From an uncultured Pelagibacteraceae bacterium (GTDB lineage Bacteria > Pseudomonadota > Alphaproteobacteria > Pelagibacterales > Pelagibacteraceae), in assembly GCA_902567785.1 (NCBI GenBank), contig CACFOR010000004.1:25890-89889 (forward strand): a stretch of DNA of 64,000 bases. Direction: 5' to 3'. The translations under genes and the position numbers were made by a program. The notes below the pieces were generated by a model that was not told the DNA's origin, ran no database searches, and was given only the letters and a program-made list of their open reading frames with translations. Shown piece after piece: positions 47,734 to 58,320 of this stretch (position 1 is the first letter of the stretch; the number at the start of each line of letters is the position of its first letter).

Positions 47734-48675
47734 TTATTCCCCAATAGTATCTTTTCTTATCTTAAACCACTCTTCTTTTGAAGTTGTTATAGTTCTTTTT
47801 TTTATTACTTCCTCATTACTTTTAACTTTTTGAGCCAATAGTATTTGATGATTTCTCAAATGTGGAATAATGAAACCAGTATTTTTTATTAATTCAAATA
47901 AAATATTTTTTAAACTTTTTTTAATTTTATGTTTTTTTATAGAATTATTTTTACTATCTATAAAATAATCGCCTTGTTTTCTATCAAAGTATTCGTGTTC
48001 AATAATTTTATATCCACAACGATTTAACATAAATTCAAGTTCTTCTTTACTAAATTCTTTATGATGTGGTCGGTGATTTCCCCTGTATACCATAGAAGAT
48101 AAAACAGGATGAACATTTGGGCTTCTTCCTTTTCTTAACATATCAGCTACATATAAAAAGTTAGTTATATTGTCTGTTGTAATTAATAGAAATCCATTAA
48201 TTTTTAGAGATTTATTTATTTGATCTAAACAATAAATGGGATCGACCAAGTGTTCAATTGTGTCCAGTAAAAAACAAATATCAAAATCTTTTACTTCCCA
48301 GTTAACAATTTTTTTTGCATCTGGAAATTGGGGGTCAATTTCTGTATCAATGCACCTAACATTATATTCTTTCATTTTTTCTATAAATTTTTTATCTATA
48401 TCAAGTCCAACGGCACAGTATTCAGATATATTTTCAAAAATCATATTACTCATCTTTACCATGTTTCCAGGATATGCTCCGATATCTAAAATTTTTAATT
48501 TCTTTGAATTTTTTTCTTTTACTTTTTCTAAGTAAAGAAAAACTTTATAGAATCTTATAAAGTTTGATATAAAACTATGTTTTCCTTTAAAGGCAGGTCT
48601 CAAATCTGATTCATTAATCTCCCATTGATACGGTTTGTAATTTAAGACAAATTCTTTATATTTTTTATTTTTCAT
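47734..48675 (-). CDS. Class I SAM-dependent methyltransferase
   Basis: 313 aa with a motif I-like ILDIGAYPGN and a downstream acidic loop. It overlaps dapE by 4 nt. Confidence 0.6.
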   Translation of the reverse strand: MKNKKYKEFVLNYKPYQWEINESDLRPAFKGKHSFISNFIRFYKVFLYLEKVKEKNSKKLKILDIGAYPGNMVKMSNMIFENISEYCAVGLDIDKKFIEKMKEYNVRCIDTEIDPQFPDAKKIVNWEVKDFDICFLLDTIEHLVDPIYCLDQINKSLKINGFLLITTDNITNFLYVADMLRKGRSPNVHPVLSSMVYRGNHRPHHKEFSKEELEFMLNRCGYKIIEHEYFDRKQGDYFIDSKNNSIKKHKIKKSLKNILFELIKNTGFIIPHLRNHQILLAQKVKSNEEVIKKRTITTSKEEWFKIRKDTIGE

Positions 48676-49811
48676 TTAAAGTAATTTTCTAAAATTCTTA
48701 GATATATATTGCTTAGTTTTTTAAGATCAGAAATTGGTACAGATTCATTTACTTTATGCATAGTTTTTCCAACAAGGCCAAATTCTAAACAAGGTGCTAT
48801 TTTCCTAATAAATCTAGCATCCGAAGTTCCGCCCGCAGTAGATAATTTAGGTTTAATTTTAGTAATTTTTTTAATTGTGTTTTGAATCATATATGTTGTT
48901 TTGTTTGGTTTTGTCAAAAAAGATTCACCTGAAATTTCATATTTTATATTAAATTTGCATTTAGCTTTTGTTGTTATAGATCTAAATACTGTATTTAATT
49001 TTCTTTTTAAAGAACTAGAAGAATGTTTGTCGTTAAACCTAATATTAAATACCGCTTTAGCTGATCCCGGAATCACGTTGTCAGCATAGTTATCAATGTT
49101 AATTTTTGTTATTTCTAAATTAGATGGTTGAAAATTTTTTGTTCCTTTGTCTAATTTCATTTCCTTTATTTTTTTTAAAATTTTGACCATTGCGTTTGAT
49201 GGATTGTTGGCTCTATGTGGATAAGCCACATGTCCTTGTGTGCCAATTATAGTTAATCTTCCAGTAATACTTCCTCTTCTTCCAATTTTTATCATTTCTC
49301 CTAACCTATTAGGATTTGTAGGTTCTCCTACTAAGCAAAAGTTAATTTTCTCTTTTTTTCTTTTTAAATATTTAACAACTTTTTTTGTTCCGTTAATTGC
49401 TAAACCTTCTTCATCCCCTGTAATTAATAAACTTATAGAACCTTTGAATTTTTTATTTTTTATTTTAAATTTGCTTACTGCAGCTACAAAACAGGCTATT
49501 GAAGCTTTCATGTCATTGGCCCCTCTGCCAATTAATTTATTATTTTTTACAGTTGGTTTAAAAGGGTTTACGCTCCATTCATTTATATTTCCTGGAGGAA
49601 CTACATCTGTATGGCCCGCATAACAAAAATTAGGTTTTGATTTTCCAAGTTTTGCATATAAATTTTTGATATTTTTAAAATTTATTATTTGGCATTTAAA
49701 ACCAAGAGATCTTAATTTTTTTGCCAAAAGGTTTATTGTTCCTGCGTCTTTTGGTGTGACGCTGGGTCTACGAATCAATTCTTTTGCTAACTTTAGTTCA
49801 CTGATTGGCAT
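48672..49811 (-). CDS. dapE: Succinyl-diaminopimelate desuccinylase
   Basis: 379 aa M20 peptidase with GHTDVVP, GRGANDMK and ITGDEEG motifs, next to dapD. Confidence 0.9.
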   Translation of the reverse strand: MPISELKLAKELIRRPSVTPKDAGTINLLAKKLRSLGFKCQIINFKNIKNLYAKLGKSKPNFCYAGHTDVVPPGNINEWSVNPFKPTVKNNKLIGRGANDMKASIACFVAAVSKFKIKNKKFKGSISLLITGDEEGLAINGTKKVVKYLKRKKEKINFCLVGEPTNPNRLGEMIKIGRRGSITGRLTIIGTQGHVAYPHRANNPSNAMVKILKKIKEMKLDKGTKNFQPSNLEITKINIDNYADNVIPGSAKAVFNIRFNDKHSSSSLKRKLNTVFRSITTKAKCKFNIKYEISGESFLTKPNKTTYMIQNTIKKITKIKPKLSTAGGTSDARFIRKIAPCLEFGLVGKTMHKVNESVPISDLKKLSNIYLRILENYFK

Positions 49812-49817
49812 GAGTTT

Positions 49818-50648
49818 TTAGTCTCTCAACAAATCATTAATTGAGGTTTTACTTCTTGTTTTTTCGTCCACTTTTTTTACAATTACTACACAATATAATG
49901 ATGGTCCCTCAGGATTATTTTTGCTTGGCATTGTTCCTGGTACCACTACAGAGTAATTCGGAACTTTTCCATAATGTATTTGACCCGTTGCTCTATCAAA
50001 AATTCGTGTTGATGCTCCTATATAAACTCCCATAGATAACACTGATCCTTTTCCAACAATAACTCCCTCAGCTATTTCTGCTCTAGCTCCCACAAAACAT
50101 TCATCTTCAATGATAGTAGGATTTGCTTGCATAGGTTCTAATACTCCACCAATTCCAGCACCGCCTGATATATGGCAATTTCTTCCAACTTGTGCACAAG
50201 ATCCTACAGACGCCCATGTATCAATCATACTTCCTTGATCTACATAAGCTCCAACGTTTACAAACGAAGGCATTAATACAACATTCTTTGAAATGTACGC
50301 TCCTTTTCTTACAACACCATTAGGAACATATCTAAAACCTTCTTTAATAAATCTTTTTTCATTCCATTTATGAGTTTTACCTTCTACTTTATCAAACCAA
50401 GCAGCATAGGGGCCTTTAGAAATTTTCATTTTATTAACTCTAAAGCTTAATAAAATTGCTTTTTTAATCCATTGATTAACAATCCACTCATCATTTTTCT
50501 TTTCCGCAACTCTTATTTTACCCGAATCTAACAAGTCTATAGTTTTACTAATAGAATTTAATATTTTTCTACTAGATTTAGAATTTATTTGACTTTTGTT
50601 ATTCCAAGCTTCATTTATTATTTTTTCAAAAGAATTTATATTCATCAC
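49818..50648 (-). CDS. dapD: Tetrahydrodipicolinate N-succinyltransferase
   Basis: 276 aa with a hexapeptide-repeat left-handed beta-helix and a DapD-type N-terminus. Confidence 0.9.
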   Translation of the reverse strand: MMNINSFEKIINEAWNNKSQINSKSSRKILNSISKTIDLLDSGKIRVAEKKNDEWIVNQWIKKAILLSFRVNKMKISKGPYAAWFDKVEGKTHKWNEKRFIKEGFRYVPNGVVRKGAYISKNVVLMPSFVNVGAYVDQGSMIDTWASVGSCAQVGRNCHISGGAGIGGVLEPMQANPTIIEDECFVGARAEIAEGVIVGKGSVLSMGVYIGASTRIFDRATGQIHYGKVPNYSVVVPGTMPSKNNPEGPSLYCVVIVKKVDEKTRSKTSINDLLRD

Positions 50649-51316
50649 GTAGCTCTTACTAAGTTAATTTTTTTTAAAAATTCAGATAAATTATTTGTTT
50701 TATAATTTACAAATTTACTATCTGAAAATTTGCTTGCCCATGGTTCTTCATTTTTTATCCAGACTGTTTTCATACCCATTTCATATGCTGGTTTTAAATT
50801 TCTTGCAATATCTTCAACAAATACACATAATTTTGGGTCAATTTTATGTTTTTCTATCAATTTATTATAAGGTTTCACAGATGGTTTTGGAACAAATTCT
50901 GAATCAACAATATCAAAAATATCATCAAAATATTCATCTATGCCAATTTTTTGAGTTATGTTTATTGCATGTTTTTTTGAGCCATTTGTAAATATGATTT
51001 TTTTTCCATCAAGTTTTTTAAGTTCCTCTCCAAGCTGTATATCTTTTTTAAGAAAATCTATATTTATATCGTGGACAAAATCCAGAAATTCATTTGGGTC
51101 TATTTTGTGATTTTTAATCATGCCGTTCAAGGTTGTGTTATATTCATGAAAATAATTTTTTTGAATTTTTTTAGCTTCCTCTATAGTGACGTTTAGTTTT
51201 TCTGATATGTATTTTGACATTTTCTTATCCACTTGTTCAAAAACTTTAGTTTTTCCTGAATACAAAGTGTTATCTAAATCAAATATCCAAAATTTAATTG
51301 ATTCAAATTCTTTCAT
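50645..51316 (-). CDS. HAD-superfamily hydrolase (pyrimidine 5'-nucleotidase-like)
   Basis: 223 aa with motif I FDLDNTLY and later TNGSKKHA and FVEDIARN. Confidence 0.7.
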   Translation of the reverse strand: MKEFESIKFWIFDLDNTLYSGKTKVFEQVDKKMSKYISEKLNVTIEEAKKIQKNYFHEYNTTLNGMIKNHKIDPNEFLDFVHDINIDFLKKDIQLGEELKKLDGKKIIFTNGSKKHAINITQKIGIDEYFDDIFDIVDSEFVPKPSVKPYNKLIEKHKIDPKLCVFVEDIARNLKPAYEMGMKTVWIKNEEPWASKFSDSKFVNYKTNNLSEFLKKINLVRAT

Positions 51317-52185
51317 TTTCTTATAAGTGTTCCGGCACCCTTGTCTGAGAATAATTCGAATAAAATTGAATGTGAACTTCTGCCATCAATAATAACAACA
51401 CCTCTAACTCCATCATTTAATGCTTTAATACAGGTTCTTATTTTTGGTATCATTCCTTCGCTAATCGTTTCGTCATAAATCAATTTTTCCGCATCGGTTG
51501 ATTTAATTTCAGAAATTAATTTTTTATTTTTGTCATAAACCCCCTCAACATCGGTCATTAACATCAATCTTCTTGATTTTAAGCTTCTAGCCAAAGCTCC
51601 TGCAGCAGTATCAGCATTAATGTTATAAGCTTGTTTTTTACTGTCCAACCCCATAGGAGAAACAACAGGTATAAAATTTTCTTTAATTAAATTTTTGATT
51701 AGTAGGTCATCAATTTTTGTTGGTTTGCCAACATAACCTAATTCCCTATTTTTTTGTTCTGCATAAATAATGTTATTCTCTCTAATTGTTATTGATTTAG
51801 CTAAACATCCTTTTTTTTCTAAAGCAGATACAATTTCTTTGTTGAACTCAATCATTACGTTTTCTACTACTTTTATAACTTTTTCATCAGTTATTCTGAG
51901 TCCCATAATAAATTTAGTTTCTATATTTAGCTCATCCAATTTTTTCTTTATTCTGGGTCCTCCACCATGCACTACAATAGGTGTTAGCCCTAGTTTTTTT
52001 AAAATTACGATATCATTTATAAAATTATCAAAAAGATCAGGATCCAAAAGAACTCGCCCACCGCACTTTATAACTATTTTTTCTTTTGAATATTTTTTTA
52101 TGTATTTTTTTATTTCTTCAGTAGGAGGACCATCTTTTGGCCAAAACTCTTTTACTTTACTATCTAAATTTTCAGCTGAGAGCAT
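51313..52185 (-). CDS. argB: Acetylglutamate kinase
   Basis: 290 aa with IKCGG, VVHGGGP and NINADTAAGALA motifs. Confidence 0.9.
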   Translation of the reverse strand: MLSAENLDSKVKEFWPKDGPPTEEIKKYIKKYSKEKIVIKCGGRVLLDPDLFDNFINDIVILKKLGLTPIVVHGGGPRIKKKLDELNIETKFIMGLRITDEKVIKVVENVMIEFNKEIVSALEKKGCLAKSITIRENNIIYAEQKNRELGYVGKPTKIDDLLIKNLIKENFIPVVSPMGLDSKKQAYNINADTAAGALARSLKSRRLMLMTDVEGVYDKNKKLISEIKSTDAEKLIYDETISEGMIPKIRTCIKALNDGVRGVVIIDGRSSHSILFELFSDKGAGTLIRK

Positions 52186-52188
52186 TTT

Positions 52189-53874
52189 CTAGACTGTTTT
52201 AACTTTTGTTCCTCTCATAATTACCCATTGTTGTGCAATGGTTAATATATTATTTACAGTCCAGTAAACAACCAAACCTGAAGGGAAAGGAGCTAATATA
52301 ATTGTTAAAAAAATAGGAAAAAACATAAATATTTTTGCCTGTATAGGATCAGGAGGCGTTGGGTTTAATTTTTGTTGAACCCACATACTTAATCCCATCA
52401 ATATAGGCCAAGCACCAATCATTAAAAAAGTTGGAGGATCCCAAGGAATTAATCCAAATAGATTAAAAATGGAAGTAGGATCTCTTTCAGATAAATCTTT
52501 TATCCATCCAAAAAAAGGCTGATGCCTCATTTCCAATGTTACATAAAGCATTTTATAAATCGCGAAGAAAAATGGAATCTGAATTAATACTGGCAAGCAT
52601 CCAGAAATAGGGTTAACTTTCTCTCTTTTATACAGAGCCATCATATCTTGTTGTAATTTAACTTTGTCGTCTTTATGCAATTCTTTAAGTCTTATAATTT
52701 CTGGTTGAAGTATTTTCATTTTTGCCATTGATTTAAATGAATAATTTGCAAGTGGAAAAAATATTAATCTGACCAAAGCAGTAATAATTACGATGGCCCA
52801 ACCAAAATTACCTGTAAGTTTGAAAAAATAATCAATTACAAAAAATAGTGGTTTTGTAAAGAAATAGAACCAACCCCAGTCGATTGTTAAATCAAATTTT
52901 TCTATTCCTAAAGTTTCGGCATAGTTATCAATAACCGCAACTTCCTTTGCTGCTACAAAAGTATTTATACTGTTTGAAATAGAATTACCTGGATTAAGAA
53001 TTTTTGCTTCTTTTATTATATAATTTGCTCTGTACTTTTGATTTTTAGCAACAAATTCAGCCTTAAATTCTTTTCCTTTTTCCGGAACTATCGCAGTTAA
53101 CCAATACTTGTCGGTAATACCAAGCCAACCTTTTGAGCTATTAATACTGAATTTTTCTTTTTCAATATCATCATAATCTTTTTCCTGTAGCTCATCTCCA
53201 AATACTCCAAGAAAACCTTCGTGTAAAATATATATTTTCATCCCCTCGGGTATTCCTCTTCTAGTTATTTGTGCGTACGGATAAAATTGGTAAGCTTTGT
53301 TTGATTTATTTTTAATATTTTGAGTAATTTTAAATAAAAATTTATTATCTATTTCAATTTTTTTTGTAAAAATTAAACCGTTTCCATTATTCCATTCTAA
53401 TGTAACAGGATTATTTGGTGTTAGAGTATTATTTCCTTTAACTTCCCAGATCGTGTCAAGCAAAGGAAGTTTTACTTTTTCATCTCCACTTGCCGCCCAA
53501 CCGCTTTCAACGAAATATTCTCTTGATGAATTTTTTGGACTTAAAAAAACAACTTTATCTTTACCGTTCAGTTCCTCATTATAATTTTTAAAAATGATAT
53601 CATCTATTATTGCACCTTCTAATGATATTGAACCTTTAATATTTTCATTTTCAATTTTAATTCTTTTTGTTTTATTGACTATCTCATCTCTTGTTATCTC
53701 ACTTTCAACCTTTTTGCTATCGTCATCAACAGAGGGGGAATTTTTTTCCTCCATTTTTGTTATTTCATTATTAGAATTTGTTTGATCAACAATTGGAGCT
53801 TCAAAGAAGACAGCCCAAACAATTAAAACCATAGTAGAAAGTATAATTGCCAATAAGACGTTTTTAAATTCCAT
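52189..53874 (-). CDS. yidC: Membrane protein insertase YidC
   Basis: 561 aa with an N-terminal TM, a large periplasmic domain and a conserved C-terminal 5-TM core (GCLPVLIQIPFFFALY-like). Confidence 0.9.
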   Translation of the reverse strand: MEFKNVLLAIILSTMVLIVWAVFFEAPIVDQTNSNNEITKMEEKNSPSVDDDSKKVESEITRDEIVNKTKRIKIENENIKGSISLEGAIIDDIIFKNYNEELNGKDKVVFLSPKNSSREYFVESGWAASGDEKVKLPLLDTIWEVKGNNTLTPNNPVTLEWNNGNGLIFTKKIEIDNKFLFKITQNIKNKSNKAYQFYPYAQITRRGIPEGMKIYILHEGFLGVFGDELQEKDYDDIEKEKFSINSSKGWLGITDKYWLTAIVPEKGKEFKAEFVAKNQKYRANYIIKEAKILNPGNSISNSINTFVAAKEVAVIDNYAETLGIEKFDLTIDWGWFYFFTKPLFFVIDYFFKLTGNFGWAIVIITALVRLIFFPLANYSFKSMAKMKILQPEIIRLKELHKDDKVKLQQDMMALYKREKVNPISGCLPVLIQIPFFFAIYKMLYVTLEMRHQPFFGWIKDLSERDPTSIFNLFGLIPWDPPTFLMIGAWPILMGLSMWVQQKLNPTPPDPIQAKIFMFFPIFLTIILAPFPSGLVVYWTVNNILTIAQQWVIMRGTKVKTV

Positions 53875-54126
53875 TTACTTTCTCCGTTTTTTTAAGTTAG
53901 GAACAGGATCGTAGCCACTTCTTCCACCAAAAATTTTAATGGGATGGCATCTTAAAATTCTTTTTAATCCTAAGAAAGAACCTTTAAAAGGACCGTAAAG
54001 TTTCAATGAGTCTATAAAATATTCCGAGCATGTAGGAAGGTACCTACAATTAGAAGGAAAATAAGGTGATATAAAATATTTATAAAATTTAATTACTAAG
54101 ATAAAAAAATTATTTATAAATTTCAT
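53875..54126 (-). CDS. yidD: Membrane protein insertion efficiency factor YidD
   Basis: 83 aa with the [10 protein letters not shown] motif. Confidence 0.85.
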   Translation of the reverse strand: MKFINNFFILVIKFYKYFISPYFPSNCRYLPTCSEYFIDSLKLYGPFKGSFLGLKRILRCHPIKIFGGRSGYDPVPNLKKRRK

Positions 54127-54128
54127 AG

Positions 54129-54482
54129 TTATATACTCTTTTGATTAATTTTTTTAAAAGTTTCATTTACTTCATTTAAAACATTTATAAATTTATCTTT
54201 GTATACATTATTTTTACCAAAAATTACATAAGTGTAATTTAAGTCTATTATTTTACTTTCTCTGCAAATCTTCTGAACAGCGTACTTTAGTTTTCTTTTT
54301 ATCTTATTTCTTATTACAGCATTTCCAGTTTTTTTCTTCATAACAAAGCTTATATTTAAATACTTATTAATATTTTCTGAATTTTTATTAAAATAAATTG
54401 TAAAATATTTTGTGTTTATTCTTTTTTTTTTTAAAATTTTTAAAAATTCCTTGTTTTGATTTAAACTCTTAAATTTTATCAT
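54129..54482 (-). CDS. rnpA: Ribonuclease P protein component
   Basis: 117 aa and basic with an RNR-like motif ([14 protein letters not shown]). It sits in the rpmH-rnpA-yidD-yidC synteny. Confidence 0.8.
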   Translation of the reverse strand: MIKFKSLNQNKEFLKILKKKRINTKYFTIYFNKNSENINKYLNISFVMKKKTGNAVIRNKIKRKLKYAVQKICRESKIIDLNYTYVIFGKNNVYKDKFINVLNEVNETFKKINQKSI

Positions 54483-54496
54483 TTCACGAATGTAGT

Positions 54497-54631
54497 TTAG
54501 GTGGATATTTTTTTTCTTCCTTTTGATCTTCTTCTTGCCAGCGTCTTTCTGCCACCCTTTGTTTTCATTCTAGATCTGAATCCGTGTCTTCTTTTTCTTA
54601 CAATTCGGCTTGGTTGGTAGGTTCTTTTCAT
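54497..54631 (-). CDS. rpmH: 50S ribosomal protein L34 (below ORF-track size cutoff)
   Basis: Hand-translated from the minus strand as [44 protein letters not shown]. Confidence 0.9.
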   Translation of the reverse strand: MKRTYQPSRIVRKRRHGFRSRMKTKGGRKTLARRRSKGRKKIST

Positions 54632-54710
54632 AAAATTTATTTAGTTGTTCTTAAAATTTTTTGATATTTATAGGTAATAAGCACATATAAGTACAGATAA
54701 AAATCAATTT

Positions 54711-55436
54711 ATGAATTTAAACTCTTTAAATCTTAAACTTCTTCTAGGGGCAACTTATTTAGCTATTTTTTCAATTGGCTTATATTTTTTATTTTCAGTC
54801 ATCGATATTAAAGATTTGATGAGCTATGAATTTATTAGATCGCACAAGGATATCATTTTGAAATACAAAAATGACAACTTCTTGTTCTTAACAATTATTT
54901 TTTTTATTTTTTCAATAATTTGGGTTTTGCTATTGGGTTTTGCCATGCCTTTATTAATATTTTCAGGTTTTGTGTTTGGAAAGTGGTGGGGTATAACAAT
55001 TGTTTTAACATCCACAACAATCGGCGCAACATTATTATACATATTGTCAGGATTTTTTTTTCGGCAAATGATACAAGAAAAATTAGCTCCAAAATTTTCT
55101 AAATTAAAAGAATTTTTTAATAAAAATGATATAGTTTATTTTATGACTTTTAGGTTTGTTGGAGGAGGAGGGGTACCTTATGCTGTACAAAATGTACTTC
55201 CTGTATTATTTAATATGTCATTGAAAAATTATATTGTCGCAACTTTTATTGGCAGCATGCCATCAATGTTTGTTACCGTTTCTCTTGGAAATGGAATTGA
55301 ACAGGTTATTGATCAAAATCAAGAACTAAGTATCTCAACTGTATTGTTCTCTCCCGAAATATATATTCCAATAATGGCATTCTTTATTATTTTATTTTTA
55401 GCATTTGTAATTAAAAAAATTTATTTTAGGACATAA
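54711..55436 (+). CDS. TVP38/TMEM64 (DedA-related) family membrane protein
   Basis: 241 aa with multiple TM segments and family-like segments (F.GF.FG...G......G..LG....F). Confidence 0.65.
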   Translation: MNLNSLNLKLLLGATYLAIFSIGLYFLFSVIDIKDLMSYEFIRSHKDIILKYKNDNFLFLTIIFFIFSIIWVLLLGFAMPLLIFSGFVFGKWWGITIVLTSTTIGATLLYILSGFFFRQMIQEKLAPKFSKLKEFFNKNDIVYFMTFRFVGGGGVPYAVQNVLPVLFNMSLKNYIVATFIGSMPSMFVTVSLGNGIEQVIDQNQELSISTVLFSPEIYIPIMAFFIILFLAFVIKKIYFRT

Positions 55437-55443
55437 AAAATTT

Positions 55444-56139
55444 ATGAAACGTAAATATTTAGATAAAATAAAAAAGTTAGAATCTGCGCCAAAAAAAATA
55501 AATCTTTTTTCTCAAAAGGAGATAGAACAAATCGAAGACTTGTATAAGATACTTCCCGAAACAGTTTTTAACAAAAAACAAAATGTTAGAAAAAAAGGTT
55601 GGTTACCAAATTACAATAAAGAATTGGATAAAATATATATCGAAAAAATAAATGAAGCCATAGGTGATTTTAAATTTGATACTTTAAAATCTGAATCTGG
55701 CGAAGACTACTATGGTCTTTATCACGAAAGTTTTTCACCTCTCAAAGTACATGTTGATTCAGGATTTAAAGAAGATGATATTATTTATAAGCAAATAATT
55801 ACTCCTTTGAGTCCTATTGGGGATACAATTTTTTTTACGAAAAGATGGTATGGACCATCTACGACATTTACTAACGATCCAGAAGAATTAAATTTTAAAC
55901 CAAAACCAGGTCAAAATGAGAGATCAAACAAACATTTGGGCGATAAGGAATTTGACAAGGAAATTCATAAAAAATATTTATCTCATATAGATATTAATAA
56001 TTTAAAAGGTCTCGAGGTAGAATATATATATCCTTGGAAGATTGGAGAAACTCTTATTGTTGACAGGAGTCATATTCATTGTGCATCTTCAAGAATTAGT
56101 GGTAAAAAATTAGGTTTAACCACTTTTACTAAAAAATGA
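55444..56139 (+). CDS. Hypothetical protein; possible Fe(II)/2-oxoglutarate-oxygenase-like fold
   Basis: 231 aa with an HxD (LKVHVDSG) and a distal H followed by RxS (DRSHIHCASSRIS), which resembles the facial triad plus 2OG-binding Arg. This is a motif-level observation only. Confidence 0.4.
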   Translation: MKRKYLDKIKKLESAPKKINLFSQKEIEQIEDLYKILPETVFNKKQNVRKKGWLPNYNKELDKIYIEKINEAIGDFKFDTLKSESGEDYYGLYHESFSPLKVHVDSGFKEDDIIYKQIITPLSPIGDTIFFTKRWYGPSTTFTNDPEELNFKPKPGQNERSNKHLGDKEFDKEIHKKYLSHIDINNLKGLEVEYIYPWKIGETLIVDRSHIHCASSRISGKKLGLTTFTKK

Positions 56140-57065
56140 TTAAAATTGTTCTTTCTAAAATAATATCAATTTTTTCAAAAATTTTTATAAAATTAAAATT
56201 GAATTCAAGAATAGTTAATCAGCTCAACAGACTACGCTCAGAATCTCATAGTGTTGATGACCATAGAAATATTATTTCAAAATTAATTGAAAAAAGAAAA
56301 TTGATAGCATTAGATGTTGGAGCGCAAGATGGTTTTTTTAATGGATCTATATTTTCCAAAAAATACAATCAATTTTTTGATCCTGTATTAGTTGAGCCAA
56401 TACCAAGCGAGGCAGAAAAATTAGTTAAACAAAATTATAAAGTGATTTCAAACGGGCTTTGGAGCACACCTTGTGAAAAAAAACTTTATGTTTTAGGAAA
56501 TCGTCCTGGGAGTTCATCAATGTATGTGCCTGATAAAAATGCATTTAGTTTATATGGGTTTAAAAAGAAGAATTTTTCATTATTTGATGTTACTGATGAA
56601 ATTCAAATTAATTGCACAACAATTAAAGAAAGCTTACAAAAATTTGAGATAAATAATTTAGATTTTTTAAAAATCGATACACAAGGTTCTGAATTGGAAA
56701 TATTAAAAGGTCTAGGAGAATATTTTCCGTTAATGATGAAAATAGAAGTTCAAATAATACCAATGTACAAAAATGTTCCTAGTTGGACCGAACTACTAAA
56801 TTATTTATATAAAAAGAATTATATGTTGTGTGAATGGATAGAAATAGGTAAACATTCAACCAGAACACCAGCTGAAATGGATATGATTTTTATTCCAAAT
56901 TATTTGAATGAATCTGGGAAAAAAACAATTTTATCTAGAGAGAAAGAATTTATTTCTCTCATGCTAATTTTTGGCCACATTAAATTATTACAAGAAATAT
57001 CTATGAAGTTGAATTTTTCTCTTAATTTAGAATTGAAAAAAATTAAAGATACATTTTTTCATTAA
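56136..57065 (+). CDS. FkbM-family methyltransferase
   Basis: 309 aa with LDVGAQDG and FLKIDTQGSELEILKG, characteristic of the FkbM domain. It overlaps the upstream ORF by 4 nt. Confidence 0.7.
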   Translation: MIKIVLSKIISIFSKIFIKLKLNSRIVNQLNRLRSESHSVDDHRNIISKLIEKRKLIALDVGAQDGFFNGSIFSKKYNQFFDPVLVEPIPSEAEKLVKQNYKVISNGLWSTPCEKKLYVLGNRPGSSSMYVPDKNAFSLYGFKKKNFSLFDVTDEIQINCTTIKESLQKFEINNLDFLKIDTQGSELEILKGLGEYFPLMMKIEVQIIPMYKNVPSWTELLNYLYKKNYMLCEWIEIGKHSTRTPAEMDMIFIPNYLNESGKKTILSREKEFISLMLIFGHIKLLQEISMKLNFSLNLELKKIKDTFFH

Positions 57066-58309
57066 TGAAAACTTTTGAATGGATAATTGTTGGCGGCGGC
57101 GTGGCAGGTATAGCTTTATCTGAAATATTAACAAGACAAGGTCATACCGTAGCTTTAATTGAAAAAAATAATCAATTAGCATCAGAAACTACAAAAGAAT
57201 TTCATGAATGGGTTCACACAGGATCCTTGTATACTTTAGTAAAAGATAAGATGAATACACTGAAATATGTTTTGGGTTCTCTTGATGATCTTTTAGAATT
57301 TTATTCATCTTTCTCTAGAATGAATATAAAGCCATCAGAAGATGGTTTAAAAATTGAAAAAAATGATAAGGGATGGTTTAATTCAAATTATATAAATTTT
57401 AAATATAGGTTAAAAAATAGAAAATTTATATTTCCTTGGTTGTTTTCAGTTGCCAGATCAATAGCGTTAATAGATAGAATTCACAAACATGATTGGTTGC
57501 GTCGTCGTGCTGGAATTTTGGAAAGCCTAACTGCAAAGTATCATTTGCCAATTATTAAAAATTTAATAAAAATTATATTAAGTAGAAAAAAATTCTTTAA
57601 AATTAAAACAACAGATTTTACTACTAATTCAAGATATTTATTGAGGGACATGATAGCTACTTCAATAAATAACGGTTTAGAAATTTTTACAAATAATGAA
57701 TTACTTGAAATAAAGAATATAGATGAAAATGTGGTGGCCAAGTGCAATAATGGAACTTTTCAAAGCAAAAATATGGTTGTTTGTTTAGGTGCGGGTATTG
57801 AAAAATTTAGCAATTTTAAAATTAAAAAAAGTTTTGCACCTATCGCGGTAGTAAAAAATATAGAATCAAAAACAGAATCTTTTGTTGAGCTAGACTGTTT
57901 TAAAAAAAATTGTATCAATATTGTTACTAAAAAAAATTCATTTGGCCTAGTAGGTGGCATAAGTTTGAGCAAGAGGGATGAAGTTGAAAAATATTTTGAT
58001 TTTATGATTAATGAACATAAAAAACAAAATCCTCAAATGGAAATTATAAAAAAATATATTGGTATTAAAAATGAAGTATCCGTAAACAAAGAAAATAGAA
58101 ATTATTTATTTCATATTGATCCAGTTGCTAAATATAAAAATGTATGGTCAGTTATTCCAGGTAAATTTACTTTAGCATTTAGTTTGGCGCCAGAGTTTTA
58201 TAGGATAGTATATAAAAAAAATCCAAGAAAATTTTTTCGTACTCTTCCAGATGATGGAAAATTTTCACATTTAGTGGCAGATACCATTTGGGAGGATTCG
58301 CAGAATTAG
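57065..58309 (+). CDS. FAD-dependent oxidoreductase
   Basis: 414 aa with an N-terminal Rossmann fold (IVGGGVAGIALSEILTRQGHTVALIEK). It has a TAATG overlap with the FkbM gene. Confidence 0.7.
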   Translation: MKTFEWIIVGGGVAGIALSEILTRQGHTVALIEKNNQLASETTKEFHEWVHTGSLYTLVKDKMNTLKYVLGSLDDLLEFYSSFSRMNIKPSEDGLKIEKNDKGWFNSNYINFKYRLKNRKFIFPWLFSVARSIALIDRIHKHDWLRRRAGILESLTAKYHLPIIKNLIKIILSRKKFFKIKTTDFTTNSRYLLRDMIATSINNGLEIFTNNELLEIKNIDENVVAKCNNGTFQSKNMVVCLGAGIEKFSNFKIKKSFAPIAVVKNIESKTESFVELDCFKKNCINIVTKKNSFGLVGGISLSKRDEVEKYFDFMINEHKKQNPQMEIIKKYIGIKNEVSVNKENRNYLFHIDPVAKYKNVWSVIPGKFTLAFSLAPEFYRIVYKKNPRKFFRTLPDDGKFSHLVADTIWEDSQN

Positions 58310-58320
58310 AAAATATTAAT

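Noticed and set aside
51770-52192. 140-aa plus-strand ORF
   Set aside because: It is antisense to argB and has low-complexity F/S/I-rich content.
54483-54710. Possible replication origin next to rpmH-rnpA-yidC
   Set aside because: No dnaA or dnaN gene is adjacent, and no cluster of DnaA-box-like 9-mers was noticed in the short spacers. In Alphaproteobacteria the origin is usually elsewhere.
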